The notes: a model not told the origin generated them from the sequence alone. 64,000 nucleotides of DNA from an uncultured Actinomycetes bacterium (GCA_963697125.1 CAVOMW010000012.1:6893-70892), one strand, 5' to 3'; positions 1-11,865 are shown, numbered from the stretch's first letter. Made by a program: numbers and translations.

Positions 1-483
1 GGCTGAGGAGCTCGAGGCGCTGCCGATGCCCCAGCGCCTGCTCCACGCGTGTTACGCCGCGGTGCTCGGCGACTGGCCGCCCCGGCTGATGTCGCTGCGC
101 GACGTCGCGGAGCTGGTGCTCGTCGAGCGGCCGAACCTGGTCGACGTGCTGCTGATGGCGCGCGCCTGGCAGTGCGAAGCCGTGGTGGCGCGCGCGCGTG
201 ACGACCGCTTGGGACGGCTCGCGCTGGTCGACCGCCCGCCGATCGTCGAGTGGGCGGACCGCTACGTGCCGTCGCGACGCGATCGGGTGCTCCTCGCCGC
301 GCACGAGGGGCCGGCCCGCGCGTTCACCCGGCACCTCGCGGCGCTCGCTCGTGTTGCCGAGCACGGGGGAGCGGGTCGCGTACCGATCGTGCCATCGCGT
401 TGCCGCAGACCGAGTATCTGAAGGCGAGAGGATTGACTCCGAGCGATCACGTCACCCGGGCCTGGCGCGCGGTGCGCGGGTGA
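1..483 (+). CDS. Nucleotidyltransferase family protein (NTP_transf_5-like), C-terminal part; 5' end outside window
   Basis: LLHACYAAVLGDWPPRLMSLRDVAEL resembles the C-terminal LLHxxxH...RLxWLxD region of this family; lies next to an HprK-like kinase and PqqD genes; frameshifted, stop at 481-483. Confidence 0.6.
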
Positions 484-489
484 GGGCCG

Positions 490-1339
490 ATGCAGTATCG
501 AGCGCTGAGCTACGACTTCGTGCTGGACGTGGAAGGACACGACGCGGTCGCGCACCATCTGGACGCACTGCTCGCGCCGATGCGCCACGTGGCGCCCGAT
601 CCCGTGCACTGGGTGATCCGTGAGAAGGATGACGACTCGAGCCGGCTGGGCGATCGTCGCCGACGACGACGTGATCGCCAGTGCCGGCGAGCGCGAGCCG
701 CCTGGTGTACGAGGTGGTGCACACGCTCAACGCCGTTGCGATCGAGCGATGGGACGGCGTCGTGTGCCATGCGGGTGGTGTGGCGCGCGACGGTGTCGGC
801 ATCGTGCTCCCCGCCGACATGGAGTCGGGGAAGTCGACGCTGACCGCGGGGTTGGTGCGCGCCGGCTTCGACTACCTCAGCGACGAGGGCATCGCATTCC
901 ACCCGGACACCAACCTGATCCAGCCCTACCCCAAGCCGCTCTCGCTCGACCCGGGCTCATGGTTCCTCTTCCCCGAGCTCGAACCCCGCGCCGATCTCGG
1001 CGACGACGACTACAAGCAGAACCAGTGGCAGGTGGCGCCCGACGCCATCCGCGAGGGTGCGGTCGCGGATCCGTGCCCCGCGGGCGTGCTCGTCTTCCCC
1101 CAATACGTCGAGGGTTCGACCACCGAGCTCGTGCCGATCGGGCGCGCCGAGGCGCTCATCGAGCTGGCGAAGAACACGTTCTCCTTCAACCAGCAGAGCC
1201 GCTTCGCGCTCGAGCAGCTCGCCGGGATCGTGCGCGTCGTCCCCAGCTACCGCCTCACCGTGGGCTCGCTCGCCGCCGCCGTGGCGACGATCGAGCAACT
1301 GGTGAGCTCGATGTCGAGGACGCGCGAGCCGATGCCTGA
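490..1339 (+). CDS. HprK-related P-loop kinase
   Basis: CHAGGVARDGVGIVLPADMESGKSTLTAGLVRAGFDYLSDE shows the HA...GKST...SDE signature, plus PYPKPLSL; frameshifts near 640-690. Confidence 0.8.
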
Positions 1340-1611
1340 CCAGATCGACGAACACGTCGCGCCGGCGCGCGGTAGCGAGGTGTTCACCGTGGAGCTCGAC
1401 GGCGAGGCAGTGTTGCTCGACGAGGCCGCCGATCGGCTTCACCTCCTCAACCACACCGGCCACCCTGCTCTGGCTGCTCTTCGACGGCTCCACGTCGCTC
1501 GGGGAGCTCGCCGACGAGCTCGCCATCGAGCTCGACCTCGACCGCGCGCAGATGCTCGACGACCTCGTGGCGATCACCGCGCACCTGGCCGACGAAGGAC
1601 TGCTGGCGTGA
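1332..1611 (+). CDS. PqqD-family / RiPP recognition element (RRE) protein 1
   Basis: VELDGEAVLLDEAADRLHLLNHT..LLWLLFDGSTSLGELADELA...LADEGLL is a classic PqqD pattern; one frameshift near 1460. Confidence 0.85.
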
Positions 1612-1886
1612 CCGACCGTCGCCGCGGTACCACCGCGTCGCCGCACGTGCTGTGGCGCTGCACGCTCGACACGGTGGTGCTGCTCCCGGTCTCGTCCGAC
1701 GACGAGCCGTTCGTGCTCAGCGGCAGCGGTCCCGAGCTCTGGGAGCTGCTCGCCGATCCCCGGACGCTCGACGACCTCGTCGCCGTGCTTGCGGCGGTCC
1801 ACGCGGTCGACCCGGCTACCGTGCGCGCGGACGTGGAGCCTATGCTCGAGCAGTTGGCGGCGCGGCGCGCGATCGAACTGCTCTGA
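1608..1886 (+). CDS. PqqD-family / RRE protein 2
   Basis: DTVVLLP...LSGSGPELWELLADPRTLDDLVAVLA...VRADVEPMLEQLAARRAI; GTGA start/stop overlap with RRE 1. Confidence 0.8.
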   Translation: MTDRRRGTTASPHVLWRCTLDTVVLLPVSSDDEPFVLSGSGPELWELLADPRTLDDLVAVLAAVHAVDPATVRADVEPMLEQLAARRAIELL

Positions 1887-1971
1887 CGAGCGGCCCGGAA
1901 GGTGCGCAACGCTCGGCACCCCCTGTCGATGTGGGCCAGGGCGACAGTTCGTGTTCAGGAGGTGTGGGTAG

Positions 1972-2508
1972 GTGGAGCGAGACGAATCAGCGGCGGCACG
2001 ACGTGGTGTCGACCGTCGCACCTTGATCAAGGGCGCGGCCGCGGCCGGGGTCGGGGTGTGGACCGCGCCGGTCATCCTCGACAGCCTCAGCTCGCCGGCC
2101 GCCGCCGGAAGCGTGACGGGGTGCCAGAGGATCCACCTCGAGGTGAACCCCTGCCCAATCCTCGGGAACTGCAATGCGCTCCCGACGTCGTCGAGCGCCT
2201 GGGCCACCAGCTGCGACAGCACGTTCCCGTCGCTCAGCACGGTGTGCGGCACAACCCTGGCCAACCTGCCGACGACGGTCGACACCCTCGCCAACCTGGG
2301 CATCACGCGCACCAGCTGCGACCTGTTGGACACGACGCTCACGTTGTCGAAGACGACCTGCAGCTGGGTTGCGGGCGTTGCGCACAGCACCGTCACTGGT
2401 TGCCATGCATCGAACGCCATCAACAACGCCACGGCCGGCAGCCGGACCATCTCGTTCCCGGTCGGCTTGCTGGTCGACGACTACTACCTGGTGATCACCT
2501 GCACCTGA
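1972..2508 (+). CDS. Cys/Ser/Thr-rich exported protein with Tat-like leader (candidate substrate of the RRE module)
   Basis: Intact 178-aa ORF after an AGGAGG-like RBS; DRRTLIK twin-arginine motif, WTAPVIL, SPAAA|GS cleavage-like site, 9 Cys in the mature part. Confidence 0.75.
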   Translation: MERDESAAARRGVDRRTLIKGAAAAGVGVWTAPVILDSLSSPAAAGSVTGCQRIHLEVNPCPILGNCNALPTSSSAWATSCDSTFPSLSTVCGTTLANLPTTVDTLANLGITRTSCDLLDTTLTLSKTTCSWVAGVAHSTVTGCHASNAINNATAGSRTISFPVGLLVDDYYLVITCT

Positions 2509-2512
2509 CGCA

Positions 2513-3085
2513 CTACGACTCCTCGGGCCAGAGGAGCTCGACCATCTCGTCGACGAGCTCGCTCACCTCGCGGGCCATGGTCTCGTGATCGGCGAAGCGG
2601 CTGCCGGTGGGGTCCTCGACGTCGTCGTCGCGTGATGACCCGAGGAGATCGACCGGTCGTCGCCCGGCGCCCACCAGCGCGAGCCGATCGAGCGGCGATG
2701 CATCGAGAGGCGCGGGGCCGAGGTCGGCGCCGCGGCGTACGAGCTCCTTCAAGGTGAACGCGCGTGAGAACGCGGTGGGGTCGAGGACGACCACCTCGCG
2801 GAGCTGCGCGCGCTCCATGGTCAGCACGAGGTCGGCAGCCTGCACGGCGTCGGCGACGGCACGCCGGCTGGCGTGTCCCGAGAGGTCGAGACCCAACCGT
2901 GCCGCGGCCACGACGGTCGGTTCGGTGGCCGCGACGCCTTCCATGGCCCGTACCCCCGCCGACTCCACGGACGTGGCGATCCGGCGTCGAGCCAATCGGT
3001 CGGCGAGGATCGCCGCAGCCAGCGGCGACCGGCACTGGTTGGCGCTGCACACGACGAGGACCCGGGTGATGTCGCCGTCGCTCAC
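2513..3085 (-). CDS. Low-molecular-weight protein-tyrosine phosphatase (Wzb-like)
   Basis: VLVVCSANQCRSP P-loop, ADLVLTME and DVEDP acid loop. Confidence 0.85.
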   Translation of the reverse strand: MSDGDITRVLVVCSANQCRSPLAAAILADRLARRRIATSVESAGVRAMEGVAATEPTVVAAARLGLDLSGHASRRAVADAVQAADLVLTMERAQLREVVVLDPTAFSRAFTLKELVRRGADLGPAPLDASPLDRLALVGAGRRPVDLLGSSRDDDVEDPTGSRFADHETMAREVSELVDEMVELLWPEES

Positions 3086-6058
3086 GTACCGGCCTCGAGC
3101 CGGTCCCAGAGGTCCCAGGTGCCGACATCGCGGACGAGGTGCACACGGAACCGCGTGGTCTTGGCCAGGTCGATCGACGCGGTCGCCCGGCGGGCGAACG
3201 GTCGCTCCATGCCCGGGGCCTTGTCGATCTTCCACCCGTTGGGGACGTCGACGGAGACGTGCAACCGGTCGGGGTTGATGGTGGGTTGCTGGCGCACGAC
3301 GAGGTCGTACCAGCCGTCGTGCAGCTTGACGTTGCCGCCGAGCTTGGCCGTCATCACCTTGGTCTGCTTCGAGAACACGTTCTCGATGAGGGAGTAGACG
3401 TTGCGGCCGCGTTCGCGTCCGGGCCCCACCTGCACGGGCTTGCCGTCCCAGGTCGCCTGACGGAACGGCGAGCGGCGAGTACAGCGGAGATGAACGAGCG
3501 GTTCTGGCCGGCCGTGAACCGTGGGTCGAACGGGCCGATCACGATCTGGGGCAGGCCGGCGTCGGGCGCAGTGTTGTCGAGGTCCACCGCCACGTCGGCC
3601 TGGGCGTCTGCCTCGGTGAGGTCGTCTTCCGGGTGGAGCATGACCCGGTAGTCGACGTCGCGCTTCAGGTAGTAGTCGATCTTGTTGGCGCCGACGTTCG
3701 ACGTGGTCAGCGCGAACGAGTCGGAGCGCACCGGCGGCATCGCCTGGGCGACGTCGAGCTGCTCGGCGAGGCGCTGCTCGTCGGGCCGCGTGAAGGCGAG
3801 GGTGAGGTGCCCAGCGTGTGCCGCGGCGCCGAGCACCTTGGCGATCTCGGCCGGGCTGCCCAGCGTGCCCGACGTCGCCTTGTCGACGGCCGCCTGCGCG
3901 ATGTTCCCGAGCAAGTCGACGCGGCTCGGGCGTGTCCTCGGGGTAGACCGCGTACTCGTCGCGCAGTGTCGACGTCGACGACGTTGTCGGCGTCGATCGG
4001 GGTGGCCCAGCCGTCGACGTTCACCGGGCCCGTGAGCGCCAGCAGCGCGGCGAGACCGGCAGGATCGACCGCCAGCGACGCCGTCGACGTTCGTCAACCC
4101 GGCGGGCGCGCCGCCTTGCGCGGCGAGTCCGGTGAGCGCCTGCGCCACGCTCGGGAAGTCGGGCGAGAGGTTCACGTTCTGCAGCGTGGTCTGGGGCGAG
4201 TACTGCTCGTAGCGACGCAGGTAGTCGAGCGGCGCGGCGACGGTGGGGTTGGGCAGGTCGCGCAACGCGTCGTTCCACACGTTGAGACGAGTGAGGTCGC
4301 CCACGTGGAGCTTCCCGTTCTCGGCGGTGATGAGGCCGTAGCTCGCCGATGAACCCGCCGGTGGCGCGGCGACTCGGCGTTGTTCTGCACGACGAGCAGG
4401 TAGGTGCGGTTCCCGTCGCCACCGAAGATCGCAGGCGCCAGCGTGGCGGCGGCGGCGGCGTGGCGGGCCTCACGCTCGGCCTGCGCGAGCTGTCCGTGCA
4501 CCTTGTCGATGGCGTCGCGACCGGCGGCGCCAGGTAGGGGTCGTCGGCGAGGTGTCGATGCCGATGCGAGCGCGCTCGAGAGCGCGGCGGAGCCCTGCTC
4601 GAGCGCCGGCGTGACCTTGGCCACCTCCTCGAGCGGGCAGGCGACCGTCGACCACCTCGAGCGCGTCGGGATCGACCGACGGTGGTGATCGACTCGCCCG
4701 AGCGGGCGAGATCGGTGCCGACCTCGGCGAGCGTGCGGGCGGCGCGCAGGTTGGACGCGACGCCGGGCACCGCGAGACCGGGGGTGAGCACGGCCGACTC
4801 GAGCCGGTCGCTTGGCCCGACCGAACGTGCGGGCGGCTTCGTCGAACGAGGCGCGGGCCGAGGTCGAGTCGCCGTCGCGGGCGGCGGCGAGGCCGCGGCT
4901 GGCGGCGTCCTTCCCGTCGAGCATCAGGTTGGCGGCGTCGTTCGCCACCAACGCGGTCGGGAGGATGGCGGCGACGAGCCCCACCACCACCACGGCGACG
5001 ACGACCCAGGCGCGGCGGCTCAACCCCGGTGCGGGGTCGCGCTCGAGCGTGCCCGGCCCGCCTCGAGCCGACGACGAGCAACACGACGCCGGCGCGCGGC
5101 GACGCCGAGCCACTCGGGCACGACCGCGCGGCCGGTGAAGACCGCGATCGCGGCCAGGAGCACCTGCCCGACAACGACGAGGGCCGCGACCTCGCCGGTG
5201 CTCCAGCCGAGGCGACCCAAGCGGTGCACCAGGTGGTCGGCTCGGTGCTCGAGCAGCCGACGGCGGTGGCGCAGCCGCGACAGGGTGACGAACGCGACGT
5301 CGAGGAGCAGGAAGCCGAGCACGATCGTGGGGGTGAGGATGCTCCGCCACGGACCCGCGACCGGCTGCACCGCGAGCGCGCCGACCGCCAGCGTCCACCC
5401 GACGACCAGGCGTCCGGCGCGGCCGACGAACAGCGACGCCGGTCGTACGTTGAACGCCAGGAAGGCCACGCACGCGGCGGCGAAGCCGATGAGCACGGTG
5501 GCGAGGCCGTCCTGGTGCGCGAACGCCGCGAGCGCGAAGAGGCCGGCCGACGCGGCGATGCCGATCCCGGGTGCGAGCCCGTCGAGCGTTGCCGATGCCG
5601 TCGGCGGCTCCGGATGACCGCGACGATCAGCACGAAGGCGAGGATGCACGTCGAGGGCGTCGACACCGGTCGGCCCGAACCGGGCGCCGGCGGCGACCGC
5701 GACGCCCGCGGCGACGAGGGTGGCGATCAGCGTGAGCCGGTTGCCCGTCGTCGACTGGTCTGCCACCAGGCCCACCCCGGCGAGCACCACCGCGCCGAAC
5801 GCGATCGTGACGCTGAGCGCGCCGAACGAGGGCGCGAAGACGAGCCCGACGAGCGGCCCGACCGCGAGGAGCGCGCCCGCGCGCCGGCGGAGCTGCGGCG
5901 CTGTCGGCTGGCCCTGCGCGGCCGGCTCGCCCAGCCCCGCGCGACGGGCCTCGCGACGGAGCGCCGCGCACACCGCGAGCACGACGAGCGTCGCGACCGA
6001 GAAGGCGAGCAGCCAGCGATTGGCCGTCGTCGACGGCCAACACGACCGCTGCGAGCAT
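3082..6058 (-). CDS. Probable fusion of a degenerate WecA/MraY-like (glycosyl transferase family 4) membrane domain (~5060-6058) with a DUF4012 domain (~3082-5050)
   Basis: DGLA...FLAFNVRPASLFVG...DHLVHRL (MraY-like); RTYLLVVQNNAE.RATGGFIG, NVNLSPDFP, NVGANKIDYYL (DUF4012); many frameshifts. Confidence 0.7.
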
Positions 6059-6101
6059 CCGGACGATGCTACGCGTGCGCCCGCCGCCCGAAAGGCGCGG
6101 G

Positions 6102-8040
6102 TCAGGCCCGTTCGGTCAGCGCGGTCGAGGCCGCTCGGCGCCGGCTCGCCGTCGAGCCAGTCGGGCGCGTGCGCGGGGCGGCGACCTCGAGCAGGGCCGC
6201 GCCGTGCGCCGACGTGGTCGTCGGCGACCGCGAGCGCCTCGAGGCGGGCGAGCGCGTCGGCGAGCACGGTCGGCGTCGAGGTGCACGGGCTCGATCGTGA
6301 GGATCGGCCGGCCCGGGACCGGCGCGCTGCTCCGCGGGCCCGATCACGGCCTCGCTCAGCTTCTCGCCCGGGCGCAGCCCGGTGATCTCGATCTCGATGT
6401 CGACGTGGGGGCGAAGCCCGCAGAGCCGGATCATGCGCTCGGCGAGCTCGTAGATGTTGACCTGCTCGCCCATCTCGAGCGCGAGGACGTGGTGGTCGCC
6501 GTCGGTGCGCCGCGGCCGCAGCAGCACGAGCCGCACCGCTTCGTCGGTGCTCATGAAGTAGCGGGTCATGCGCGGGTCGGTGACGGTGACCGGGCCGCCG
6601 GCGGCGATCTGGCGCTGGAACGTGGGGATCACGCTGCCGCGGCTGCCGAGCACGTTGCCGAAGCGCACCGAGCAGTAGCCGTCGTCGCGTCGGCGCGCGT
6701 CGAGCACGATCTGCTCCGCGACCCACTTCGACGCGCCCATCACGCTCGTGGGCGCGGCCGCCTTGTCGGTGGAGATGCACACGAGGTGCGTGACGTCGTA
6801 GCGTCGCGCACGCGTCGACGACGTTGAGCGGTGCCGAGCACGTTGGTGCGGATCGCCTCGCACGGGTGCTCCTCGAGGATCGGCACGTGCTTGTGCGCGG
6901 CGGCGTGGAACACGACCTCGGGGCGCACCGGCGCGAAGACGGCGTCGACGACCGACGCGTCGCGGATGTCGCCCAGCGCGATCTCGGGCTCGGCACGCCC
7001 GGCAGCGTCTGCAGCGCGTCGTGCAGGTGGGTCTCGTCGTGGTCGAGGAGCACGAGCGCGCCGGCTCGAACTCGGCGACCTGCCGGGCGATCTCGGAGCC
7101 GATCCAACCGCCGCCGCCGGTGACGAGCACCCGCCGCCCGTGCAGCAGCTCGCGGACCGGGCTCGAGGTCGATGGTCGACCTGCTCGCGCCCGAGGAGGT
7201 CCTCGATGTCGAGGTCGCGCACGTCGCGCAGGCGGGGCATGCCGTGGACCCACGACGACGACGTCGCGGAGCACCCGCACCGGGATCGCTGGCCGGCTCG
7301 GCCGGTCGGCGACGTGCTGCACCACGCTCGCGCGGCGCGGACGGGCATCGCGAGCAGGATCTGGTGGACGTCGTGCTCGTCGATGATCTCGGCGAGGTCG
7401 TCGAGCGTGCCGGCGATGCGGCACCCCGTGGATGGAGCGGCCCCGCAGCGCCGCGGTCGTCGTCGACGACGACCACCGGCACGAGGCCGAGGCTCGGGTG
7501 ATGCTGCATCTCGCGGAGCGCGGCGGCGCCGTTGGTGCCCGCGCCGACGACGGCGATGCGAACGCCGGCGCCGGGGTACGTCGGAGCGCCGGAACGCGAA
7601 CAGGCGCGACTGGAAGCGCACCAGGCCGAAGAGGAACGTGGCCAGGATCGGTCCGGCGATCGAGCACGCGTGAGCGGCACGCGCTCGCTCGCCCCAGAGA
7701 ACGCGACGATCAGCACGGCGCCGGTGCAGGCGCCGGCCGAGAGCAGGCGGACGGCCTCGTCGATGCTGGCGTGGCGCCAGGTGCGGCCGTAGCAGCCGCA
7801 GGCCCACATGGCGACCACGCTCACGACGCACGCCACCGGCAGGAAGAGCTGGAAGCTGGTCCCAGTAGTCGGGGGGACGTAGAAGTCGAAGCGGAGGTCG
7901 AAGAGGACGAGGTACGTGAACGCAGCGAGGACGAGGTCGATGATGACGAGGGGGTAGTCGCCGCGGACTCTGGCTGCGCCGAGCGAGCCGAGGCGTGGAC
8001 CGGAGCGACGCTTCGTGCCGGGGTCGTGCGCGTTCGCCAC
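6102..8040 (-). CDS. Polysaccharide biosynthesis nucleoside-diphosphate-sugar epimerase/dehydratase (CapD/PglF-like)
   Basis: VLVTGGGGWIGSE, FHAAAHKHVP, ISTDKA..PTSVMGASK, VRFGNVLGSRGSVIP, RMTRYFM, GLRPGEKL; N-terminal TM segments. Confidence 0.9.
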
Positions 8041-8246
8041 CTGTTGCCCACCCGCTTCCGGTCTGCCTCCCGGCCGATCGGTCGCCTCCCCGCTAGGCCT
8101 GGAGGCGCGTAACGCACCTGCCAGGCGTCACGAACATGGCTCCCGATCAGGCCGTTACTACGGAGAGTGATCATCGCACTCGCTGGTGCTCGTTGTCGAG
8201 GGCGAGCTTCGTCGACGCCACGGTACTTGACTTGAGTCACAGCTGA

Positions 8247-9444
8247 TCAGGTCGAGCGGATGCCCTTGCGAGCGGCGACCTCGCGGTAGGTCTCGAGCAC
8301 GGTCGTCGACCACCCGGCGCTCGTCGAAGTGCGTGCGACGCGCTCGCTGGCGGCATGCCGCCCCGAGCGCCTGGCGCTGCTCGGCGGTGATCGCCCGAGT
8401 GCGCGCAACGCCGCGGGCGAGTGCCGCGGGTCCCGGACCGGGACGAGCGAGGCCGGTGACGCCCGGCTCGACGACCTCGCGGCAGCCGCGGACGTCGGTG
8501 CCACGACGCGGGAGCCCCATCGCCGCCGCCTCCATCGCGGCCGCGGGGAAAGCCCTCGCGGTGGGAGGCGAGCACGAACACGTCCATGGCGGCGTAGAGC
8601 GCGTCGACGTCGTCGCGGTGCCCGAGGAACACGCACCCCGCGGCGCCGGGCCGCGTCGAGCACGGCGCGGGCAGGGCAGTCGGGCTTGTCGGGGTCGGTC
8701 GCCGCCGACGACGACGAGGCGCGTAGCGGTCGGCGGGCAGCCCGGCGATCGCCTCGAACAGCTCGGGGTAGCCCTTCTCCGCGACCAGCCGCCCGACCGA
8801 CCCGACCACGATCGTCGTCGTCGGTCGACCCGAACTCGCGCGCGGATCGCGCGCCGTTCGTCGGCGCGAGACGCGCGGCGGTCGAAGCGGGCGAGGTCGA
8901 CGCCGTTGCCGAGCAGCCGGGCGTGACGGGTGAGGTGGAGCCGCTGCATCAGCGCGAGGTCTTCGGGGTTCTGGAACAGCTCCGCGTCGGAGCACCGCGC
9001 CGCGATCGCCTTCGAGCGCGTAGACGACGGCGCGCTTGCGCGACGGGTCGTCTTCGGTGCGCGTAGAGGCCGTGCACCGTGTTCACGACGATCGGGACGC
9101 GCGCGAGCCGACCGACGACGCGCCCGTACACGCCCGGGCTTGGGGTTGTGGGTGTGGAGCACGTCGATGCGCTCGCGCCGCAGGATCCGCCAGAGCTCGC
9201 GCGCGGCGCGGAGGTCGGCCGCGGGTCCATCGAGCGCGTCGACGAGCGCGAGCGCGATGTGGCGGATGCCCTCGGCTTCGAGCTCGGCGACCCACGGTCC
9301 CGGGCGCGCTGATGCCGATCGCGCGTGCCGCCGCGCGTCGCGCACGGCGCGCAGCTGCGCGAGCACGAGGAACCGCAGGCTCATGTCGACGGTCGTGAGG
9401 TGCGCGACGGTGAACCGGTCGCCTCGCGTGCGCCCGGTTGCCAC
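8247..9444 (-). CDS. Glycosyltransferase family 4
   Basis: VAHLTTVDMSL, HTHNPKPG, VNTVHG, GRLVAEKGY, DVFVLASHREGF..AAMEAAAMG. Confidence 0.85.
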
Positions 9445-9462
9445 GAGTGCGATGCTACGGCG

Positions 9463-10330
9463 ATGGGCGAGCGTGCTCCGCGACGACGGCGTTCTGGGCT
9501 CGCGTTCGTGGTGCGACCGTCGGGGTCGGCGTCGAGCGTCGTGCTCGCGGTCGGCGCGGTGGATGGCGATCGCGGCGCCGCATCGTCGCCGTCGTCGGCG
9601 TCGTTGCTCGCCCTCGCGAGCCGCAGCCCGGTCTGAGCATCGCGTGGTCGCGCTCGGCGTGGTGCTGGTCGCGGTGGCTCGGCCTGGTCGAGGAACACGC
9701 GGGCGGGCACGGTACCCAGGTCGTGGTCGCTCGTTGCCGGGGCGCTGCTCGTGCGCGGCGCCGCTCGCCGAGCGGCTCGGCCGCTGTGGATGCGGGTGGT
9801 CGGTGTTCGTCGCGGTCGTCGTCGGCGCGCCCGTTGGCGTCCGTCGTCGACCGCGCGGGCGCCGCGGTGGATGCCTGTGTTGTTCCTGCGTCAGCACGAT
9901 CGGGATCTACGTGTGCGTGCCCGACACCGAGGTGCCCAAGGTGCTGCTCGGTGCGGTCGGCGCCGGTGGCGTTGCTCGCGCTCGACCGACGCGCGCGGTC
10001 GAGCGCGTCGACCGGGCGTTCGTGGCCGCTCGTGGTCGCCGCCGCGGTGGTCGGGGGCGTCGGACGCCCCGGCGCCGTCGTCGGCGGGATCGCGTGCCTC
10101 GGGGTGGTGCTGCTCGCTCCCGCTCGTGCGGTGGCGAGCCCGCGTCGCCCGCCGAAGTGGTCGTGCTCGTCGACGCACGGTGCTGCGTCGTGCTCTACGT
10201 GGCGCGCGTCGGCCGGGTTCCGCGACTCGGCGTGGACGCGCGCTTCTTGTGCGTGCCCGCGTTCGTGATCGCGTGGCACGCGTGCTGCTTCGTGACGCCC
10301 GGCTCGCGATGCGGCGATCGCGGTCAGTGA
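9463..10330 (+). CDS. Hypothetical integral membrane protein
   Basis: Hydrophobic segments across shifting frames (IGIYVCVPDTEVPKVLLGAV; AVVGGIACLGVVLL); heavily frameshifted. Confidence 0.45.
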
Positions 10331-11465
10331 CGCGTCGTGCGCTGAGGCGCTGGTACGTCGCTTCGATGCGCGCGACCGCGGCGCGCGATTCGAGAATCGG
10401 TCGCCGGTCGGCCGCGCGCCGTCGACGAGACGCGCGTGCACCGCGGGGTCGAGCGCGCGCTGGATCGCGTCGGCGAGGCGCACTCGGCGAGCCGGGGGTC
10501 ACGAGGATCCCGTTCTCGCCGTCGCTCGACGACCTCGGGGAGGCCGCCGACCGCGGGCGCGACCACGGGGACGCCGAGCGTCAGCGCCTCCATGACCGTG
10601 ACCGGCAGGCCCTCGTGGTGCGACGCGAGCACGAAGAGGTCGGCGGCCGCGATGAGCCGGGTCGTGTCGTCGCGGTAGCCGAGCAGGCGGAACCGGTCGC
10701 CGAGCCCGCTCGCGCGGTGCAGGCGCGGCGATCTCGTCCTCGAACTGGCCCTGGCCCGCGGTGACGAAGCGACCGGGCACGCCCGCGTCGACGACCATGT
10801 CGCGCGGCCTCGATGAGCCCCGGGTAGTTCTTGCCCGGCGCGGAGGTTGGCGACGGTCACCGCGAGCGACTCGCCGGGCTCGACGCCGAGCTCGCGCCGG
10901 ATCGCGTCGCGCTCGGCGAGGTCGGCGCGCACCGCGTCGACGTCGACGCCGTGCACGAGCGACCTCGACCCGGTCGCGGTCGCGACGGGAGACCGAGTCG
11001 CGCACGTCGTCGGACACCGCGAACACCGCGTCGTTCAGTCCGAACGTGACCTGGTTCGACGCACGCGGGTCTCGGTGCGGTACGACGGCCAGCGGTTGTG
11101 CTCGGTGTAGACGAACGCCGGACGCTGTGCGCGCGGCATCGCGCGCACCACGACGCCGCGCGACCGACGCGACCAGCGGTGAGTGCGCGTGGACCACGTC
11201 GTAGCGTTCGCGGCGCAGCAGCGACGCGCAGGCGCGTCACCCAGCGCGGGTCGAGCTCGGAGCGCACGCCGAGGCAGTGGGTGCGCACGCCGAGCGCCTC
11301 GAGCTCGGGCACGAGGTGCTGCTTCCAGTCGAGGACGTAGGCGACCTCGTACGTGAACGCGGTCGCGGTCGCCGGCGCGGGCGTGCTCGACCAGCAGCCG
11401 TTCCGCGCCGCCCGGCCCGAGCCCCTTGATGAGCCAGAGGACGCGCACCGGTGCCGGTCGGTCAC
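10324..11465 (-). CDS. Glycosyltransferase family 4
   Basis: VRVLWLIKGLGPGGAERLLV, VHAHSP, VYTEHN, DLFVLASHHEGLPVTVMEAL. Confidence 0.85.
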
Positions 11466-11750
11466 AAGTCGCTCGTGCATCCCTGCGGACGGCGTGTCGA
11501 GCGCGTTCACCGCGTCGAAGGTGGGCACGCCCGACGCGAGGATCGCGTCGACCGGCCACGCCGGGTTGCGCACGAGCACGACCACGAGGTCGTAGGGATC
11601 GAGCGCGCCGGGATCGATCGGCACCGCCTTGTGCTCGCGCCCCGCGAGCTCGAGCGACGCGACCAGCGGATCGGCGTCGTCGTCCATCATCGCCTCGAGC
11701 AGCACGCGGGCGGTCTCGTAGAGCACTCCGGCGTCACCCCGCCGCAATCT
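11462..11750 (-). pseudogene. C-terminal (UDP-binding) fragment of a UDP-glucose/GDP-mannose dehydrogenase family protein
   Basis: DPLVASLEL...YDLVVVLV...TFDAVNAL resembles the C-terminal domain; the N-terminal domains are absent and the fragment abuts a poly-C tract. Confidence 0.5.
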
Positions 11751-11769
11751 CACTGTTCCCCTGCGCAAA

Positions 11770-11788
11770 CCCCCCCCCCCCCCCCCCC
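11770..11788. repeat. C19 homopolymer tract
   Basis: 19 consecutive C residues, unique in the window. Confidence 0.95.
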
Positions 11789-11865
11789 GATCCGCTCGAT
11801 CAGGCCGGGAGCAACGGTCACGACGGGAAACGGTAGTGGACAGTGGCGCATATCCTTGTCTGTCG

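Noticed and set aside
681-1886. Single 401-aa ORF that fuses the kinase and both RREs
   Set aside because: It includes an out-of-frame stretch (about 1460-1607), and overlapping stop/start signals at 1332-1339 and 1608-1611 indicate separate genes. A kinase-RRE1 fusion cannot be fully excluded.
5020-8040. 1006-aa ORF and many other long Arg/Ala/Pro-rich ORFs on both strands
   Set aside because: These are shadow ORFs caused by high GC and by frame-hopping across indels.
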